DNA of 64,000 nt from Thecamonas trahens ATCC 50062 (taxonomy: Eukaryota; Protista; Apusomonadida): positions 186,001 to 250,000 of the forward strand of contig NW_013657655.1 in NCBI RefSeq assembly GCF_000142905.1, given 5' to 3'. This document shows positions 59,044 to 64,000 of the stretch, in pieces; within the stretch, counting starts at the first letter, position 1; every line of letters begins with the position of its first letter. The notes under the pieces are model-generated. The model did no database searches, was not told where the DNA came from, and worked only from the letters and a program-made list of their open reading frames with translations. A program made the position numbers and the translations under genes.

Positions 59044-60420
59044 TCAACTACTGCGCGATCCCGATCGCGATGCCGAAGCAGAAGCCGAGCTAACGGCAGC
59101 CTCCATCGCGCCGCCGCCCGCACCATCGTCGCCGCCGCCAAGGTGCGACGCGTCGGTGTAGGTAAAGCCGGCAAACACGTCCTGGTCAACAGTGGCCAGG
59201 AGTGACGGCCCGCCGGCCGACGGCGTGTACGCCGACGTCTGTGGATCGTGTTGGTCAAAGTGCGAGACGTCGAGCTCGGTAGCGAGTCGTGGGACGTGCA
59301 CCGGGGTGTACGCCTTGTTGTACACGGCGCCAAAGTCAAGGTCGGCAAAGAAGGGATGAGCTCGGATCGGCGCTGCGTCAGTCGGCCCGCTGCCAAGCCG
59401 CTCCTCCGGCTCAACCACCAGGAGCTTGGCGATGAGATCGCGAGCCGGGCGCGACCGCAGCTTGTCGGGAATGACCAGCTTGCCACGCATGATGCGCTTG
59501 AACATCCGCGTCTTGTCAACGGCCTCGTAGAACGGCGGAAGGCCGAGGAACATCTCGTAGACAAGCGTGCCAAACGACCACCAGTCGACCGCCCGGTTGT
59601 ACTTGCGCCCTCGAAGGACCTCGGGCGCGAGGTACTCGGGTGTCCCGCACAGCGTCCCAGTCCGGCCGGTCGGGTCCGTCTCCTCCTTGGAGAGGCCAAA
59701 GTCTGCCAGGCGGATGTGTCCGTCCTTGTCAAGCAACACGTTTTCGGGCTTGAGGTCGCGGTAGATGATCCCGAGCGAGTGCAGATGCTCCAGCGCGAGC
59801 ACCATCTCGGCCGCGTACAGCCGGACCTGCTCCTCAGGCAGCCGGCGCTTGCGCTGCAGGAGCGTGAAAAGCTCGCCGCCAGGCACGTACTCGAGGACAA
59901 AGAAGAGCTTGGATGGCGACTGGAAGGCGTAGTACATGCGGACGATGAACGGATGGTCGACCTTGAGCAGGATGTTGCGCTCGCCGAGCGTGTGCTCCAC
60001 CTCGTCGCGCTCGACAATGTCTTTCTTCGACAGCACCTTCATGGCAAACACTTCGCCCGTCGCCTCCAATCGGACCAGGTAGACCTTGGCAAACGCGCCC
60101 TTGCCGAGCATCTGCAGCAGCGCAAAGTCGTCCTTGTCCACGCTGCTCGGCCGCCCGCCAGGTGCCGCCGTGAACGACGGCGGCGTGTACCCGCACCCGC
60201 CGCGCCCTCCATTCGCGCCGCTCCCGTCGCCGTGCACAGTTGCCGCCGCCCCGGCATGCCCAGGCCACCCCGTCCCGCCGCTTCCGCCCCCCGCCTCACC
60301 GCCGAGCACGCCGTACGTCTGTCCGCGTCGCGCCCGGAGGCACAGCACCACCGCCACCACCGCCACCGCCACCGCCGCCACCCCGAGCAGCACGCACAGC
60401 AGCACAAGCTCTGTTGCCAT
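59044..60420 (-). CDS. AGC kinase (Akt/SGK/S6K-like) with N-terminal transmembrane helix
   Basis: LGKGAFAKV, EVEHTLGERNIL, HPFIV, YRDLKPEN, TLCGTPEYLAPE, VDWWSFG, hydrophobic motif FAGFTY. N-terminal LVLLCVLLGVAAVAVAVVAVVLCL-RARR. Confidence 0.92.
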   Translation of the reverse strand: MATELVLLCVLLGVAAVAVAVVAVVLCLRARRGQTYGVLGGEAGGGSGGTGWPGHAGAAATVHGDGSGANGGRGGCGYTPPSFTAAPGGRPSSVDKDDFALLQMLGKGAFAKVYLVRLEATGEVFAMKVLSKKDIVERDEVEHTLGERNILLKVDHPFIVRMYYAFQSPSKLFFVLEYVPGGELFTLLQRKRRLPEEQVRLYAAEMVLALEHLHSLGIIYRDLKPENVLLDKDGHIRLADFGLSKEETDPTGRTGTLCGTPEYLAPEVLRGRKYNRAVDWWSFGTLVYEMFLGLPPFYEAVDKTRMFKRIMRGKLVIPDKLRSRPARDLIAKLLVVEPEERLGSGPTDAAPIRAHPFFADLDFGAVYNKAYTPVHVPRLATELDVSHFDQHDPQTSAYTPSAGGPSLLATVDQDVFAGFTYTDASHLGGGDDGAGGGAMEAAVSSASASASRSGSRSS

Positions 60421-60720
60421 GGAAAAGGAAAGAGCTGGGAGGTGTGAAGTGGGGGGGGGGGAGGTCGGTGAAGGGGGAGGGGGGGGGGGAGGGGAGGTCG
60501 GGGGGCCGGGGAACATGCGTGTGCGGTGTGTGCGACGGAGCGGCTGGCGGTCGGCGGTTGGCGGTTCGTGGCGGTCCGTCGGCACGTTTACCACAACAAC
60601 GATGGTGATGAGCTTGGGATGGAGAGAAAGGGAAGGGAGGGGAGAGGACAGAGTCAAGCCATGCACAGGTCAAGCAGGTGAGGCAGGTCAGATACGAGTG
60701 CGGCCCGGGTCAAGCACCGA

Positions 60721-63370
60721 TCAGGCCGACGACGAGGCGGCGGCGGCCGGAACGGCCTCGGCAGCAGCATCGGCCGAGTACGGGCGGAGGGCCGGGCGGA
60801 CGTAGTCGGGGCCCTCGTGGATCTCCTTGCCGAGCTTGTGGAATGAGTCGACCTGGATGATGCGCTCGCGGGCAGCCTCGACCTCGTCGACGAGGGCCTG
60901 CTCCGAGTCGGTGAGGGCGCGGCCGGTCTTGCGGACGTCGCGGTAGATGTCATCGACGCGAACAGCCTTGTCGAGCATGCGGTTGAGGAGCGAGACCTGG
61001 TCATCCTCCGAGTCCCAGTCGACAAACATGTTCTTGGAGAGGAGCTGGCGGACAGGGGTGTCGTGCGTGATGAGCGACGAGACGGCGGCGACCTGCTTGT
61101 CCGACGGGCGCTTGTACGGCTTGCCGAAGGGGAAGGTCAGGGCGCGCATGGCCCAGCCGAGCGGCCGCATGGGGAAGTTGCGGGCAACCTCGGTGAGTGC
61201 CTCCTGGAACTCAAAGAGCAGCTGGTCCATGGCGTGCTCGAGGATGACCTCGCCGCCCTCGACCCGGTTCTGCTTGTGGTACCAGAGCGTGGCGTGGGCG
61301 AGGTAGATGGTGGAGAAGGCGTCGGCCATGCGGCCCGAGACAAATTCCTTGCGCTTGAGGGCGCCGCCGAGAGCGAGCGTGAGGTCGGCGGCAATGGCAA
61401 AGTTGGAGACGGCCTTGCCCAGCTGCGACTCGTAGTACGAGGTCAGGTTCGACTTGGACCGGCTGCGCGTGACGTTGGCGAGGAGCGAGCCAAAGGTGTT
61501 GGTCACACCGTGCTTGACAAGCGAGAGCAGCGCCGACTTGAAGCCCTCGGGGTCGTTACCGTGGTTGACCGACTGAATGAGCGGGAGCATGTGCGGGTGC
61601 GCACGCACCACGCCCGAGCCGTAGATGATGAGCGACCGGCCGAGGATAGACGCACCCTCGACGGTCCGTCCGACGTGCGCGGCCTTGACCGCCGTGTCGA
61701 ACGAGAGCCCGGCCTTGGGCCCGGCAATGAGGCCCTTGCCGGCGAGGACGTTCATGGCGTCCGAGAGCGCCGCAAAGGCCCGCTCCGTCGACTCGTACTT
61801 CATCACCGCAGAGAGGACCGACGGCTTCTCACCATTCTCCAGAACAGAGTCAATGAACGTCTGCCCGGCCTTGAGTGTGTACGCCGTCGACGCGATGCGC
61901 GCCAGCGGCTCCTTCACGCCCTCAAGCTCCGCAACAGGGACCTTGAACTGCTTGCGGAGCCGCGCGTATGCGCCCACCACATTGGCCGCGTACGTCGACG
62001 CCGCAACGGAGCCGCCCACCAGCGAGACCGACCGGCCGATCGAGAGCTGCGCCATGAGCATGGCCCAGCCCGAGCCGACACGCTCCGGCCCGCCCATCAT
62101 CATGTCCAGCGGGATGAAGACCTCCTCGCCCTGGACAGTCCCGTTCATAAACGCAAGGCCCATCGGGTCGTGCCGCGGACCCATCTCGAGACCCGGGTGC
62201 GACCGCGGGAGGAGCGCCACAGAAATGCCCTCCTTGGCCCCGTTGATGCCAGTGAGCAGGCCGTCCGGGTCGGTGACGTCGATGGCGAGGCCGACAAGCG
62301 AGGCCACCGGCGCGAGCGTGATGTACCGCTTCGAAAATGATGCCACAATGCCGAGCTTGCCGTCGCGCTCCACCACAACGCCGCGGTCGCGCATCGTTGC
62401 CGCGTCCGAGCCCGACGTCGGGCCAGTGAGGCCAAAGCACGGGATGTCGACACCCTTGGCCAGGCGCGGCAGGTAGAAGTCCTTCTGCTCCTGAGTGCCA
62501 AAGTGCTGCAGCAGCTCGGCCGGGCCGAGCGAGTTGGGCACCATGACCGAGACCGCTCCGGCCGCCGATCGCGTCGCAATGCGCTCGATGATGAGCGCGT
62601 GCGCGTGCTGCGAAAAGCCGAGCCCGCCAAACTCGGGCGAGATGCAGAGGCCCATGAAGCCCTTCGACCGAATGTAGTTCCACACCTCCACAGGCAGGTC
62701 CTTGTCTTCGTTGACCTGGTAGTCGTCGATCATCTTGCACAGCGTGTTGACCTCGTTGTCCATAAACGACTGTTCCGCAGCCGTCAGCTTGACCTCACGG
62801 TACGTCGTATCCACGTCAAACGCCTTGGTATCGCCAGCATACACCGCCTGGTCAAACCCGACCGTGCCGGCCTCCAGCGCATCACGCTCCGTCTCGGAGA
62901 TCTTCGGCGTCACCTTCTTGGCCACCTTGTACGCGTAGTTGAAGATGGTCCGGGCGCCTGTGCGGGGGATCGTGGCAAGGTGACGAGGGGTGAGGCGGTG
63001 GAGGGGGCACGGGGGAAGGAGGGGGGGGGGGACCACAGCAGGGAGAGGGAGGGGGGGGGAAGCGAGAGAGAGAGAGACCAGAGCGGGAGGGAGGGAGGGG
63101 AAGGGCGTCGCTATCCGAAGCGTGCTGTTGGGACAAGGGCAAGAAGGCGCAGCGCAGCGGGTGCGGCGGCTGACGCGTCGGCGGGTAGGCAGGTCGTCAG
63201 CCGGGCCGAGCTGAGGATGACGGGGACGGGCATGGTAGCGAGGGGAGGGATGGAACTGGGGCAGACATACCGAGGCCGGTAGGGGCAGTGGCAAGGAGGG
63301 TGCGCGAGGTGGCAGCCGTGGCCACGGCGCGCGCCATGGCCGTAGAGGCAGCGTAGCGGATGGAGAACAT
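60721..63370 (-). CDS. fadE: Bacterial FadE-type acyl-CoA dehydrogenase with mitochondrial presequence. Exon 1 63370-63271, intron 63270-62958
   Basis: PKISETERDALEAGT, VMVPNSLGPAELL, PCFGLTGPTSGSDA, KRYITLAPVA, TVEGASILGRSLIIYG.GVVRAHP, LGGALKRKE..SGRMAD. Presequence MFSIRYAASTAMARAV. Phase-1 GTATGT/CACAG intron. Confidence 0.9.
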
Positions 63371-63876
63371 GTCGAGCAGTGTGCTCACTTTGCCACTCAA
63401 ACGTCGGTGTGTGGCTAAAATTGCCAAATGGTGGTGCCTCGCAGGAGGGGGGGGGGGGGGGGAGTGGAAGAGGTGAAAGTGCAGGGTGGTGCTGCCGTGG
63501 ACGGGGGGAGCCCAGATCGATGGCTCACAGTTGCGATCATGAGCACCATGCGAGACCAAATGTCGAAGATGCGGCGGCAGCGAGTGTACTGCACCCGTGC
63601 ATCAGCATCGCTACCGTCATCGTCATCGTCATCATCGTCATCTCAATCGCAGCCCGCCATCAATGTGTTTGTAACTGTGTTTCGTCCGCGCCGTTGGCTG
63701 TCTGTGGCGGGCATGCCGAGCGATCAACGAATCTCATCTCAAAAGTCAAACTTTCGCACTCTGCCACACAGCTCGCCATCATGCAAACGACGGCAAGCGA
63801 CAGGACGGGGCACATCGAGGCTGCGGGTGACTATAAGACGGTGGGGCGGGACAGAGGCGCGTGGACCCGCAAGGTG

Positions 63877-64000
63877 ATGGGCCCGGCGTCGCCGCTGCGA
63901 GAGCTCAACGGGCGGCCGCCGGCGGCCGCGTCACGGAAGCGCAAGCGGCCGGCCAACGGTTGCGGCGAGAGTGAGGCTGCGGAGAACCGGGTGCGTGCGC
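63877..64000 (+). CDS. Possible 5' end of the next gene (partial)
   Basis: MGPASPLRELNGRPPAAASRKRKRP..., open to the window end, with an NLS-like RKRKR. Confidence 0.4.
   Translation, partial: MGPASPLRELNGRPPAAASRKRKRPANGCGESEAAENRVRA

Noticed and set aside
55051-63370. Bacterial contamination suggested by GST, FadE and PhoD
   Set aside because: FadE has a spliceosomal intron and presequence, and all of these share host codon usage and sit among eukaryote-specific genes.

Overview
GC-rich, very gene-dense eukaryotic nuclear DNA from a draft assembly, with four N-gaps that mostly abut poly-G/poly-C tracts. It carries about 27 protein genes with short GT-AG introns near their 5' ends. Gene content and composition suggest a flagellate protist, possibly an apusomonad such as Thecamonas (inference only). 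Recognisable genes: HUS1, mitochondrial uL10, TMEM258/OST5, MED16, a ~4,075-aa VPS13, spastin, a MARK/KA1 kinase, two tandem GSTs, a RasGEF, an AGC kinase, PhoD, a SHAQKYF-Myb, an SLC35D-type transporter and a bacterial FadE-type acyl-CoA dehydrogenase. No rRNA, tRNA, CRISPR array or transposase was recognised. Main window-scale signals: (1) ten internal reading-frame breaks in six genes, all -1 and all repairable by adding one base to a short homopolymer. This is most likely systematic sequencing under-call, but recoding or editing cannot be excluded from DNA alone. (2) An apparent saw-tooth G/C strand skew that flips at divergent promoters and partly ignores gene orientation. (3) Convergent genes whose stop codons are 1-69 bp apart. 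(4) Several unusual protein architectures: a TM-TPR-3xPAS sensor with no output domain, a transmembrane-anchored Akt/SGK-like kinase, a lipoyl-less catalytically dead E2/E3BP, HARE-HTH+EPL+PHD, D/D+7xIQ+Tudor, a GPI-anchored SEA protein and a receptor-like PhoD. All domain calls come from reading motifs by eye; no searches were run.
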